Below are positions 1 to 8,748 of a stretch of DNA of 64,000 nucleotides, in pieces. The stretch is from contig OZ245366.1 in assembly GCA_965226585.1 (NCBI GenBank), positions 335,298 through 399,297 of the forward strand, given 5' to 3'. The notes under the pieces are model-generated. The model made no database searches. It was not told where the DNA came from and saw only the letters and a list, made by a program, of their open reading frames with translations. Position 1 is the stretch's first letter, and each line of letters starts with the position of its first letter. Source of the stretch: Thermodesulfobacteriota bacterium (lineage in GTDB: Bacteria > Desulfobacterota_D > UBA1144 > Nemesobacterales > Mycalebacteriaceae). The position numbers and the translations under genes are program-made.

Positions 1-437
1 AAGAACTTGTAATCGGCGTCATAAAAAACCCTTGTTCCCATGTCCCTTCCTTCCGCCACTATGCTCGTGTTCCGCCCGTGGGCGCGCTGGATGCGCCCGA
101 GCACGTCTCTCACGCTTCCTATTTCAGAAAATCTGGACGCGCTTTCAGATATTTCCGGAGTCCTTATCATCCCGCTCACGTCCCGCCCGTTCAGCATCAC
201 CGAATAGCCGCCGGGATTGTTCAGAAATGATATTTCCGCATCTTTCAGCAGGGCGTCCACTTTTTCCCCGTCTTCAGGGCTGACGCCTCTGCCGTCCGCA
301 AACAGCGCGAAAGCCCTGTATGTCGCGCCCGTGTCCAGATAGTCCGCCCCGAGGCGGCGCGCCACCTCTCTTGCGACCGTTCCCTTGCCCGAAGCACTTG
401 GGCCGTCAATTGCTATGACTTTTCTTTCTCCGTTCAT
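1..437 (-). CDS. cmk: cytidylate kinase (N-terminal part; C-terminus lies beyond window start)
   Basis: Minus-strand translation from the ATG at 437-435 reads MNGERKVIAIDGPSASGKGTVAREVARRLGADYLDTGATYR, the classic Cmk P-loop N-terminus. The ATG overlaps the aroA stop in an ATGA arrangement. Confidence 0.85.
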   Translation of the reverse strand, partial: MNGERKVIAIDGPSASGKGTVAREVARRLGADYLDTGATYRAFALFADGRGVSPEDGEKVDALLKDAEISFLNNPGGYSVMLNGRDVSGMIRTPEISESASRFSEIGSVRDVLGRIQRAHGRNTSIVAEGRDMGTRVFYDADYKF

Positions 438-1729
438 TTTCCGCTCCTCAGCTTTTCAAGAAACTCAAAAAATCCCCTGAACGAAACCGCCGCGCAATCC
501 GCGCCCTCAATCGCGCTGTTTCCCTCAGCGCCGCTTGCCGCCACCGCAAGCGCCATCGCGACCCTGTGGTCTCCCGCGCTTGAGCAGACACCCGCTTTCA
601 AAGCGCAGCCGTCAATTCTCATTCCGTCTTCAAAATCCTCAACCTTCGCCCCGAGGTTTCTCAAACCCTGTGTCATCGCCTCTATTCTGTCGCTCTCTTT
701 CACCCTCAACTCCGCCGCCCCCGATATTTTTGTGGTTCCCCGCGCGAAGCAAGCGACCGCCGCCACTGCGGGCAGTTCGTCTATCGCCCTCGCTATGACG
801 CCGCCGGTTATCTCAATCCCCTCAAGTTTGCCCGCGCCGCTCGCCGCTATGTCTGCCACCCGCTCCCCGCCGGAATCCCTTTCGTTCAAAAGCCGTATGT
901 CCGCGCCCATTTGTTTCAAAATTTCAATTCCCCCCGTCCGCTCGGGGTTCACGCCCACGTTTTCTATGACGACTTCCGAGCCCGGATTCACAGCCGCCGC
1001 CGCCACCGGAAAAATGGCGGATGATATGTCTGCGGGCACATCCACTTCCGCTCCGGCGAGGTCTTTCAGCGAGCCGCCTTCAAGCGTTACCTCTTTTCCC
1101 GCGCTTTCCACCCGCGCTCCGAAACGCCTCAACATTATCTCCGTGTGGTCTCTTGTTTTGACCGGCTCCACCACTTGCGTCTGTTCGTCCGCGAAAAGCC
1201 CGGCAAGCAAAATCGCGGATTTTACCTGCGCGCTTGCCACGGGTGTTTCGTACCGTATCGCGGAAACCTCGCCGCCATCAATCAGCACCGGAAGCCGTCC
1301 GCCGTCAGCGGATATGCGCGCGCCCATAAGAGAGAGCGGTTTTATCACCCGCTCCATTGGTCTTTTTACGAGGTAGCGGTCTCCGGTCAGAGCGGATTTG
1401 AACGGCTGGGCGCAGAGAATGCCTGTGAGAAGCCGCGCCGTTGTTCCGGAGTTTCCGCAGTCAACAACACCTGACGGAGGAGACAGTTTTTCCGCTCTCG
1501 CCGTTGTTTTTCCCGCGGAAGTTTCTATGCTCGCCCCCAGAAGCCTTAAAGCGTTTTTTGTGGAGCGAACGTCTTCGCTGTCAAGAAGGTTTGAGATATC
1601 CGCCCCTTCTTTTGAGAGGCATCCGATTATGAGAGCCCTGTGAGATATGGATTTGTCGCCCGGAACCGTAACGCACCCCCGCGCCGGGCGTCCTTTGCCT
1701 GCAAGGGTGATGGTTGTTTGAGATGACAC
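434..1729 (-). CDS. aroA: 3-phosphoshikimate 1-carboxyvinyltransferase (EPSP synthase)
   Basis: 431-aa ORF with LAGKGRP...VPGDKSISHRALI...GNSGTTARLL motifs typical of AroA. Confidence 0.95.
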   Translation of the reverse strand: MSSQTTITLAGKGRPARGCVTVPGDKSISHRALIIGCLSKEGADISNLLDSEDVRSTKNALRLLGASIETSAGKTTARAEKLSPPSGVVDCGNSGTTARLLTGILCAQPFKSALTGDRYLVKRPMERVIKPLSLMGARISADGGRLPVLIDGGEVSAIRYETPVASAQVKSAILLAGLFADEQTQVVEPVKTRDHTEIMLRRFGARVESAGKEVTLEGGSLKDLAGAEVDVPADISSAIFPVAAAAVNPGSEVVIENVGVNPERTGGIEILKQMGADIRLLNERDSGGERVADIAASGAGKLEGIEITGGVIARAIDELPAVAAVACFARGTTKISGAAELRVKESDRIEAMTQGLRNLGAKVEDFEDGMRIDGCALKAGVCSSAGDHRVAMALAVAASGAEGNSAIEGADCAAVSFRGFFEFLEKLRSGK

Positions 1730-1746
1730 TTTCTTCCGGCGCGCGC

Positions 1747-2178
1747 CTAAGGGGTGATTATCGTTCCCCCGCTTTTCTCTCCTTCCCCGCCCCCTGGAGC
1801 CTGCTTTTTGGCGCGGGATTCAATCAGGGAGAGAAGACGCTCCTTGAAGTTCTCCTCGTAGTCGCAGATAGACGGCACTATGTATCCCATAAGGGCTATC
1901 TGCAGAAGGTATTCGGTGTTGGCAATTATCTGCTCCTGCTGAGCCTTTTCCCCGTACTGTTTTGAAAGCCCCGTGAATATGTGCTGTCCCAACTCGCTGA
2001 GAATCTGCGCTATGCTCTTTGTTCCCTTCGCCTGCTGATTGGCGGAAACGCCGAGGTTAAAAGCCATGGTTATTGATGCGGCAAGGTCGTTTTCCATTCC
2101 GCCTTCAGGTGTTTTTGCGTCTGCGCCGTTCTCTGCGCCATCCGGTGCGGGGGGTTCTCTTTTTTCAGAATCACTCAT
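1747..2178 (-). CDS. hypothetical protein with a Gly/Pro/Ala-rich N-terminus
   Basis: 143-aa ORF just downstream of aroA on the same strand. Its composition matches the host; no family recognised. Confidence 0.45.
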   Translation of the reverse strand: MSDSEKREPPAPDGAENGADAKTPEGGMENDLAASITMAFNLGVSANQQAKGTKSIAQILSELGQHIFTGLSKQYGEKAQQEQIIANTEYLLQIALMGYIVPSICDYEENFKERLLSLIESRAKKQAPGGGEGEKSGGTIITP

Positions 2179-2238
2179 TTGCGGTTATCCTAACACGGAG
2201 GCTCAGTCCTGTAAATTGCGGCTGAGGCGCGTGCCCGT

Positions 2239-2736
2239 TTGAATTCCTCTCAACTTATCAAAAAACTCGGTCTGAAACCGCTTGAGCCCGAAGGCGGACT
2301 TTACAGGGAAACCTACGTGAGTTCCGAAACTTTTCCGCCCGGCAGTCTTCCCGGCCGCTACGGGGGAGACAGGAAATTTTCTTCGGCAATCTACTACCTT
2401 CTTGAAAAGGGCGGCGTTTCGGCAATGCACCGGCTTGTGTCGGATGAGGTTTATCACTTTTACTCAGGCGACCCCGTTCAGCTTCTCACTTTGTCTTCCT
2501 CAGGGGCGGGGCTGATATTTCTCGGAACCGACATAATGTCGGGTCAGCATCCTCAGGTGGTGGTTCCGGCGGGAGTGTGGCAGGGGATGAAACTGGTGGA
2601 CGGCGGCGAGTTCGCCCTTATGGGAACAACCGTGTCTCCCGCTTACACGCAAGAGGATTTTGAAGCGGGAGACACGGAGGAGTTGTCAAAACAGTTTCCG
2701 TCCCACGCCGAACTTATCAAAACGCTTTCACGCTAA
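2239..2736 (+). CDS. cupin-fold protein (DUF985-like)
   Basis: 165-aa ORF. The GGLYRETY...HRL.SDEVYHFY.G...L segment resembles DUF985 cupins. Confidence 0.65.
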   Translation: MNSSQLIKKLGLKPLEPEGGLYRETYVSSETFPPGSLPGRYGGDRKFSSAIYYLLEKGGVSAMHRLVSDEVYHFYSGDPVQLLTLSSSGAGLIFLGTDIMSGQHPQVVVPAGVWQGMKLVDGGEFALMGTTVSPAYTQEDFEAGDTEELSKQFPSHAELIKTLSR

Positions 2737-2818
2737 CGCCCGTTTTTTGACAACGCGGATTTTTGAAGTTAGAAGTTAGGCATTCCCGCCGCCGGCGGGA
2801 AGAGGTGGGTTTTTTGCG

Positions 2819-4171
2819 ATGAGTGATTCCAAGGTTCCAACGAGCGCGGATTCGGAGAGAGCCGTTCTGGGAGCGGTAATAATTGACAATTCGTGCATAA
2901 ACGAAGTCCTCTCCATACTGAAGCCGGACGACTTCTACTTCAGAGATAACAAAACGATTTTTGAAACCATGGTTGCCATGGACAAAGAGGAAAAGCCGAT
3001 AGACGTGCTTACTCTTTCCGAGCAGATAAACATGGCGGGACAGAACTCTCTCGCTGAAGTGGGCGGAAGCCACTACATCACTTCTCTCGCGGAATTGGTT
3101 ACCACCTCTTCAAACGTGGCGCAATACGCGCGCTACGTGAAAGACACCGCCGCTTTGAGGCAGATAATTGATACGGGGGGTGAAATAGTTCGCGGCGGTA
3201 GTGAGGGAATGAGCCCTGAAGACCTTCTGGAACGCTCCGAGGAAAACCTCATGAAGATAGCCGGGGAGAGGGCGAAATCCGCTTTTGCCCATCCACACAA
3301 ACTTGCCGCGCAGACCCTCAAGCACATAGAAGAGGCGCAGAAGAAAAAACAGGCGATTACCGGGCTTTCAACCGGCTTCAGAAGAATAGACGAACTCACC
3401 TCCGGCCTACAGCCTGGAGACCTCATAGTTGTGGCGGCGCGTCCCAGTCTCGGAAAAACATCTTTCAGTCTTAACATAGCCGAGCACGCAGGCGCGGTGG
3501 GCGGAAAAACCGTGGCGATTTTTTCCCTTGAGATGACGGAAATGGTGCTTGCGCTGAGATTGTTCTCGATGATGTCTGAGGTCAGTTTTTCAGACATCAG
3601 GGGCGGACACATGAAAGACAGGGATGTTTCCAGGATAGAGAAGGCATCGGAAAGTTTCGGAAACTCCCGCATTCTGATAGATGACGGCGCGGGGCAAACG
3701 GCTCTTGAAATTCGCGCGAAATGCAGACGGCTTAAAAAAGACAAAGGGCTTGACCTTGTCATTGTTGACTACCTTCAGCTTATGAGGGGAGACCAGAGGG
3801 AGCAGAACAGGGAGAGGGAGATTGCGAGTATATCGTCATCTCTCAAGGCGCTTGCCAAAGAATTGAATGTGCCCGTGATAGCGGTTTCCCAGCTCAGCCG
3901 CCAGACCGAAGTCCGCACCGACCGCCGCCCTCAGCTTTCGGATTTGAGAGAGAGCGGAGCGATAGAGCAGGACGCCGATGTGGTTATGTTCATACACCGT
4001 CCCGATTTCTACAAAAAAGATGACGAGCAAAGAGACGGCGTGGCGGAGGTGATTATCGGAAAGCAGAGAAACGGACCCCTCGGGGTTGCCAAACTGTCAT
4101 TTCTTGAAAGCAAGGGAGTGCCGGGATTTGCCGAGTATTCCGATGAGTATGAAGATATTTACGGCGGTTAA
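2819..4171 (+). CDS. dnaB: replicative DNA helicase
   Basis: 450 aa. An N-terminal DnaB domain is followed by a RecA-like domain with Walker A GKTSFSLNIA and LIVVDYLQLM motifs. A GAGGTG RBS lies upstream. Confidence 0.95.
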   Translation: MSDSKVPTSADSERAVLGAVIIDNSCINEVLSILKPDDFYFRDNKTIFETMVAMDKEEKPIDVLTLSEQINMAGQNSLAEVGGSHYITSLAELVTTSSNVAQYARYVKDTAALRQIIDTGGEIVRGGSEGMSPEDLLERSEENLMKIAGERAKSAFAHPHKLAAQTLKHIEEAQKKKQAITGLSTGFRRIDELTSGLQPGDLIVVAARPSLGKTSFSLNIAEHAGAVGGKTVAIFSLEMTEMVLALRLFSMMSEVSFSDIRGGHMKDRDVSRIEKASESFGNSRILIDDGAGQTALEIRAKCRRLKKDKGLDLVIVDYLQLMRGDQREQNREREIASISSSLKALAKELNVPVIAVSQLSRQTEVRTDRRPQLSDLRESGAIEQDADVVMFIHRPDFYKKDDEQRDGVAEVIIGKQRNGPLGVAKLSFLESKGVPGFAEYSDEYEDIYGG

Positions 4172-4180
4172 GCGCGGCGA

Positions 4181-4819
4181 CTACACAAGCAAAGGTTTTA
4201 TCTTTCTCTCTTCCGCCGTTTCCGCCGCGTGAAGTTCGCCGTCTTTCTGCCACAGAGCGAACCGGTCAAATATTTTTTTCATTTTTTTCTGCGTTGATGC
4301 CCATCCGAAACTCCACTCGTCATCTTTCCAGCCGTCCTCAAAAAAGGTTTTGAGAAAAAACTCTCTTTCCCTTCTGAGCCCTTTTTCCGCCAACCAGCCC
4401 GTGCGGGCAACGGCGTATCCGCAGGCAAATCCCATCGCCATAGTGCCTCTGAGACCCAAAGCCACCGCCGCGGTGGAAACAATCTCAATGTGGCAGTAGA
4501 GAGCCTGCTGAGTGCGGTATTTTTTCTCAGGCATAAGCGCGTCCATCGCCAGCAGGTTTTTCACAAAATACATCGGGTAGTAGGTTGGGCTGTTGACGTC
4601 AACCGACTTTGTGGCGCACAGAAGCGGCTTTTTTGCTATCACGTCCTCATCAATTACGCCCACCATAAAACTGCGCCGGTCAAACTCCCCTGCGTCTCCG
4701 CACAGCCGCAAACTGAGGCGGACTTTTTCCCACTCCCTAGCGGCTATCTCCATCGCAGATTCTATGCGCCCGTGTCCGGGGGCTTCCACAAGACCGTCAA
4801 GATTAGTTCCCGCGCTCAC
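4181..4819 (-). CDS. hypothetical protein, translationally coupled to glycerate kinase
   Basis: 212-aa ORF whose ATG overlaps the stop of the upstream glycerate kinase gene (ATGA). No recognisable family. Confidence 0.5.
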   Translation of the reverse strand: MSAGTNLDGLVEAPGHGRIESAMEIAAREWEKVRLSLRLCGDAGEFDRRSFMVGVIDEDVIAKKPLLCATKSVDVNSPTYYPMYFVKNLLAMDALMPEKKYRTQQALYCHIEIVSTAAVALGLRGTMAMGFACGYAVARTGWLAEKGLRREREFFLKTFFEDGWKDDEWSFGWASTQKKMKKIFDRFALWQKDGELHAAETAEERKIKPLLV

Positions 4820-6147
4820 TCCGGCATCTCCACAAGCACAATTCCAATGTCCATAACATTTGTTCCGGTGGATCCGGTTTTAATCAGATCGTCCAGAGAT
4901 TCGAAAAAAGTGTAAGAGTCGTTTTCCATCAGGTGGTTGCGTGCGCTTATGTCTCTCTTGCGCGCCAGCAGACGCGAAGCACCGTCGCATATCGCTCCCG
5001 CCGCGTCCGTGGGTCCGTCTATTCCGTCCGTTCCGGCAAACAAGCCCACTATGTTTTCGTGCCCGGCAACTTCCATACAAAATGACAGTGCGGTTTCCGT
5101 GTTCCTTCCGCCTCTTCCGCCGCGCTTCACGTTCACGGTTGTTTCGCCGCCGAAGATAACGCACGCAGGCGTCTCAAGCGGTTTTCCGAACCGCTCAACA
5201 TCAAGCGCGATTGCCGCAACACATTTCGCCACCTCTTTTGCCTCCCCCCTTATCTGCGATGACAGCACAAGGGTTGAGTATCCGAGGGCGCGCGCCTTTT
5301 CCTCAGCGGCGGAAACGCATTTGCTGTTGTTGCCAACCACTTCGGTTCGCACTTTCGCGCCGGGCGGAACGGTTTTTTCAAGGTTCGTTTCGTCTCTCAT
5401 ACCCCTTTCAAGCTCAACAACAACGCGGGGCGGAATCTGATGCTCAACGCCCAGCGCCTCAACCACGCGCCACGCCTCTTTGAAGGTGGTTGTGTCTTCA
5501 ACCGTGGGTCCCGAAGCTATCATTTCAAGGTTGTCTCCGACAACGTCTGAAAGGATTAACGTTACAACCTCTGACGGAAGCGCCTGCCGCAGAAGCCCGC
5601 CGCCCTTTATGCTGGACAGTTTTTTTCTGACTGTGTTCAGTCCGTAAGTGTCAACCCCGGAGATGAGGAGCTGTTCGGTAACTTTGCGCTTGTCTACAAG
5701 GGAAAGCCCTTCGCGGGGCTTGGCGAGCATTGAGCTTCCGCCGCCCGATATGAGAAACAGCACGAGGTCGTTTTTGCCGGTTTTCTCAAGCAGTTTCATA
5801 ATTTCGTCCGCCGCGCGCGCGCTTTTTTCATCGGGAACCGGGTGGCTTGAAAGCATGAATTTCATTACGGCAAAGTCAGAGGCGGGAGCGGAGTTTGAAA
5901 CCACAATCCCGTCCGTGATTCTGTCGCCGAGCAGTTTTTCCGCCGCCGCCGCCATCGCCGGGGCGGCTTTTCCGAACGAGACCACATAGATGCCTTTGTA
6001 TGAAGAAAGGTCGTAATTTTTTCCTTCCACTTTCAGGGTTTCGCCCTCAACTGATGCGTGCTCAAACACGCACCGCTCCGGATTGACCGCTTCAATTCCC
6101 GCGTCAAGAATCTCCATCGCGTGTTTTCTCAGGGTTTTGTTTGACAT
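4816..6147 (-). CDS. glycerate 2-kinase, MOFRL family
   Basis: 443 aa with the DUF4147/MOFRL architecture. Conserved GGGSSML and GTDGIDGPT motifs are present. Confidence 0.8.
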   Translation of the reverse strand: MSNKTLRKHAMEILDAGIEAVNPERCVFEHASVEGETLKVEGKNYDLSSYKGIYVVSFGKAAPAMAAAAEKLLGDRITDGIVVSNSAPASDFAVMKFMLSSHPVPDEKSARAADEIMKLLEKTGKNDLVLFLISGGGSSMLAKPREGLSLVDKRKVTEQLLISGVDTYGLNTVRKKLSSIKGGGLLRQALPSEVVTLILSDVVGDNLEMIASGPTVEDTTTFKEAWRVVEALGVEHQIPPRVVVELERGMRDETNLEKTVPPGAKVRTEVVGNNSKCVSAAEEKARALGYSTLVLSSQIRGEAKEVAKCVAAIALDVERFGKPLETPACVIFGGETTVNVKRGGRGGRNTETALSFCMEVAGHENIVGLFAGTDGIDGPTDAAGAICDGASRLLARKRDISARNHLMENDSYTFFESLDDLIKTGSTGTNVMDIGIVLVEMPE

Positions 6148-6156
6148 TTTCCGCTT

Positions 6157-6630
6157 TTAAGATTTTTTCAACTCTTCCAGAATTTTGTCCACCGATTCGC
6201 GGGTCAGGTTTTCGTGAAGCGAGTTGTCCACAAGCATAACCGGCGCAGAGCCGCACGCCGCGAGGCATTCGGCTTCCATAACCGTTATCTTGCCGTCTCC
6301 GGTCGTTTCACCCTTTGAGATACCCAGTTTGCCGCAAATGTGCTCCTCAACTTCGTCCGCCCCTTTGAGAGCGCACGACAGCGTTCCGCAAACCCAGACC
6401 GTGTGTCTGCCAACCGGTTTTGTGAAGAACATGGTGTAGAAAGTTGCCACATTCCGGACGCTTGCCGGGGTTATGTCCAGAATCTCCGCAACCTCGCTCA
6501 TGGATTCTTCAGCCAGCCAGCCCAGTTTCTGCTGGACTTTCCACAGAGCCGGAATCAAAGCCGCGCGCGTGTTTTCCGCTTCGCTTTTAATGCGCTCTAT
6601 TTCCGCTCTTGTGTCGTCAGGCAGTGGCAT
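6157..6630 (-). CDS. NuoE-like [2Fe-2S] thioredoxin-fold ferredoxin (NADH dehydrogenase 24 kDa subunit family)
   Basis: 157 aa with the four-Cys pattern VCGTLSC...C(x3)C of NuoE/HoxF-type 2Fe-2S domains. No other nuo genes are adjacent. Confidence 0.75.
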   Translation of the reverse strand: MPLPDDTRAEIERIKSEAENTRAALIPALWKVQQKLGWLAEESMSEVAEILDITPASVRNVATFYTMFFTKPVGRHTVWVCGTLSCALKGADEVEEHICGKLGISKGETTGDGKITVMEAECLAACGSAPVMLVDNSLHENLTRESVDKILEELKKS

Positions 6631-6641
6631 TTTGGTGAGCC

Positions 6642-7388
6642 TTACTTTACGTACTCAAACTGCGGGTATACAAAACTGCCCTTCATCCATACAGCCCATG
6701 TGGGGTCGGCAACCGGTTTGAGTTTGTTCAAGCGGTGACCGTCCGGAGCGGTGATTTCGATTTTCGCGTCTGTTATCGCTTTTGTGGAGCCGATGTATGG
6801 AATGGCGTATTTTACAAGTTTTCCGCCCTTTTTTCCGAAGTAGTTCAGGTGCCCGCCTTCGCGGTTTTCAAGTTTTCTGCCGGTAACCTTCGCTTCGGCT
6901 TTTATAAGAGTTTTGCCTCCCGCTTTCAGGCGCGCCTTCAGTTTGCCTTTTCTGACGCGCGCGGTGGTTTTTCCCTTCTCCGCCGGAATTCCGGCGCCAC
7001 GGGCGAACTTTCTCATCTTCTCCGAACTGTTGAAGTAGAAAACAAAATACCTGCCGGGATAGCCGTTTTTACTGTCCATCACGTAAGAGTCGCGCCCTTT
7101 CAGCTCAACCGTCAAATACGTTAGGGTATACGCTCCAAATCCCGAAGTCTGAGTGTCTTTCGGAACCGTGTACATGTTGATAACCACATGCCCGGTGGGT
7201 TCAAGCCCTTTCGGCAGCATCTTTTTCAGTTCTTTCTCATCCGCCTTGTAAGCCGCCATGAACATCCACGCGTCCTCAACAAGTTGAGGGGCGGGAAGCG
7301 GGTCGGGCGTTTTCGCGGCTCCGGCAACAGAAACCGGAATAACGACCGCAAGCAAAACGGCGGCAACAATCTTTTTCAGTTTTCTCAT
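6642..7388 (-). CDS. secreted hypothetical protein (signal peptide)
   Basis: The track ORF extends to 7577, but the probable start is the ATG near 7388 giving MRKLKKIVAAVLLAVVIPVSVAGAAKTP, a typical signal peptide. The remainder is Lys-rich. Confidence 0.55.
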   Translation of the reverse strand: MRKLKKIVAAVLLAVVIPVSVAGAAKTPDPLPAPQLVEDAWMFMAAYKADEKELKKMLPKGLEPTGHVVINMYTVPKDTQTSGFGAYTLTYLTVELKGRDSYVMDSKNGYPGRYFVFYFNSSEKMRKFARGAGIPAEKGKTTARVRKGKLKARLKAGGKTLIKAEAKVTGRKLENREGGHLNYFGKKGGKLVKYAIPYIGSTKAITDAKIEITAPDGHRLNKLKPVADPTWAVWMKGSFVYPQFEYVK

Positions 7389-7459
7389 AACAAAACCTCC
7401 TTTGTCGTACACGGATTTTTTAACAGATAAGCAAGCCAACCGCAAACGGACGGCGGCGG

Positions 7460-8065
7460 ATGCGGTTTGAATTGACCCCCGCGCTGGGCTATGCTTCTGC
7501 GGTGGCAAAGAGGCGTATAACAAGGGTTTACACAAAGACCGGCGACGGCGGGCAAACCTCGCTTGTGGGCGGCTCAAGGGTTGACAAAGACTCCGCCAGA
7601 GTGTCTGCGTACGGAGATGTGGACGAGTTGAACTCGGCTCTTGGTGTCGCTCGCGCGTTCTGCAATGGCGGCGAACTTGAGTCCATAATTCTGGAAATTC
7701 AGAACGACCTTTTCATTCTCGGCTCAGACCTTGCCAGCCCCGCCGGGGTTGACTCTCCCAGAATTGACGAGTCTCGCGCCGAGAAGCTGGAGGCGTGGAT
7801 AGACCGCCACCTTGAGCAGATGGAGACGCTAAAAGAGTTCATACTTCCCGCCGGAAAACCCGCCGGGGCGTTTTTCCACCTTTCGCGCTCAATATGCCGC
7901 AGGGCGGAGAGAAGCGCGGTCGCCCTGATGAAAAAAGAGAAAACCTCACAGGCGGCGGCAATTTATCTCAACCGCCTTTCCGACCTTCTTTTTGTTCTCG
8001 CCCGCGCGGCAAACATCCGGGACGGTTTTGCCGAGGTTCCGGTTGACTTCGGTGGCAAACCTTGA
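7460..8065 (+). CDS. ATP:cob(I)alamin adenosyltransferase, PduO type
   Basis: RITRVYTKTGDGGQTSL and DLFILGSDLA motifs of the PduO/MMAB family. The true start may be slightly downstream of 7460. Confidence 0.85.
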   Translation: MRFELTPALGYASAVAKRRITRVYTKTGDGGQTSLVGGSRVDKDSARVSAYGDVDELNSALGVARAFCNGGELESIILEIQNDLFILGSDLASPAGVDSPRIDESRAEKLEAWIDRHLEQMETLKEFILPAGKPAGAFFHLSRSICRRAERSAVALMKKEKTSQAAAIYLNRLSDLLFVLARAANIRDGFAEVPVDFGGKP

Positions 8066-8733
8066 AAGAAGACACAACAGAACAAAAGTTGACCGTTGTC
8101 CACCCGGAGATGGACTCTTATATGGCTTCCCTTGCGGAAGGGGCGGCTTTTCCTCAAACGGATGGCACGGTTGCCGAGATGGAGGCGCTTGCGGGGCAGA
8201 GGGATTTCCCCATAATCGGCCGCCTCGCGGGAAGGTTTCTTTTTCAGCAGACGCTTTTGCTGGGGGCGCGTTCGGTTTTTGAAATGGGTTCGGGTTTCGG
8301 TTATTCGGCTTACTGGTTCGCAAAAGCGGTCGGAAGCGGGGGGACGGTTGTGTGCACGGACAGGAGTGAGGAAAACTCAACGCTTGCCCGGAGTTTTATG
8401 GAGAAATGCGGATTCACAGACAGAACGGTTCTGCGCACGGGAGACGCAGTTGCCCTTATGGATGAAGCGGACGGAGTGTTTGACATAGTTTTTACAGACA
8501 TAGACAAACGCAGGTATCCGGAGGCGTTTCGCTCCGCGCGCGGCAAGATACGACCGGGAGGGCTTTACATAGTTGACAACGCTTTCTGGGACGGCCGCGC
8601 CGCAAACCCTTCGGGCGACCCGGACTCTGAAGGGGTGGCGGAGTTCAACAAGGCGGTGATGAGCGACCCCGATTTTCTCACGGTTCAAGTTCCGATAAGA
8701 GACGGTGTTTCGGTGAGTTTGAAACTGCGTTAG
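8062..8733 (+). CDS. class I SAM-dependent O-methyltransferase (caffeoyl-CoA OMT-like)
   Basis: The VFEMGSGFGYSAYW SAM-binding motif and VFTDIDKRRYP indicate the family 3 OMT fold. There is a 4-nt overlap with the preceding gene. Confidence 0.8.
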   Translation: MKEDTTEQKLTVVHPEMDSYMASLAEGAAFPQTDGTVAEMEALAGQRDFPIIGRLAGRFLFQQTLLLGARSVFEMGSGFGYSAYWFAKAVGSGGTVVCTDRSEENSTLARSFMEKCGFTDRTVLRTGDAVALMDEADGVFDIVFTDIDKRRYPEAFRSARGKIRPGGLYIVDNAFWDGRAANPSGDPDSEGVAEFNKAVMSDPDFLTVQVPIRDGVSVSLKLR

Positions 8734-8748
8734 GGTTCAAAACGCGCG

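Noticed and set aside
32-283. 83-aa plus-strand ORF at the window start
   Set aside because: It overlaps the cmk coding region on the opposite strand, and its Arg/Cys/Ser-rich translation has no features of a real protein.
2786-2818. Hairpin CCCGCCGCCGGCGGG followed by GGGTTTTTTG just before dnaB, considered as a terminator for the cupin gene
   Set aside because: The T-run is separated from the stem by about 10 nt and sits inside the dnaB RBS region (GAGGTG). It could attenuate read-through, but this is not convincing enough to call.
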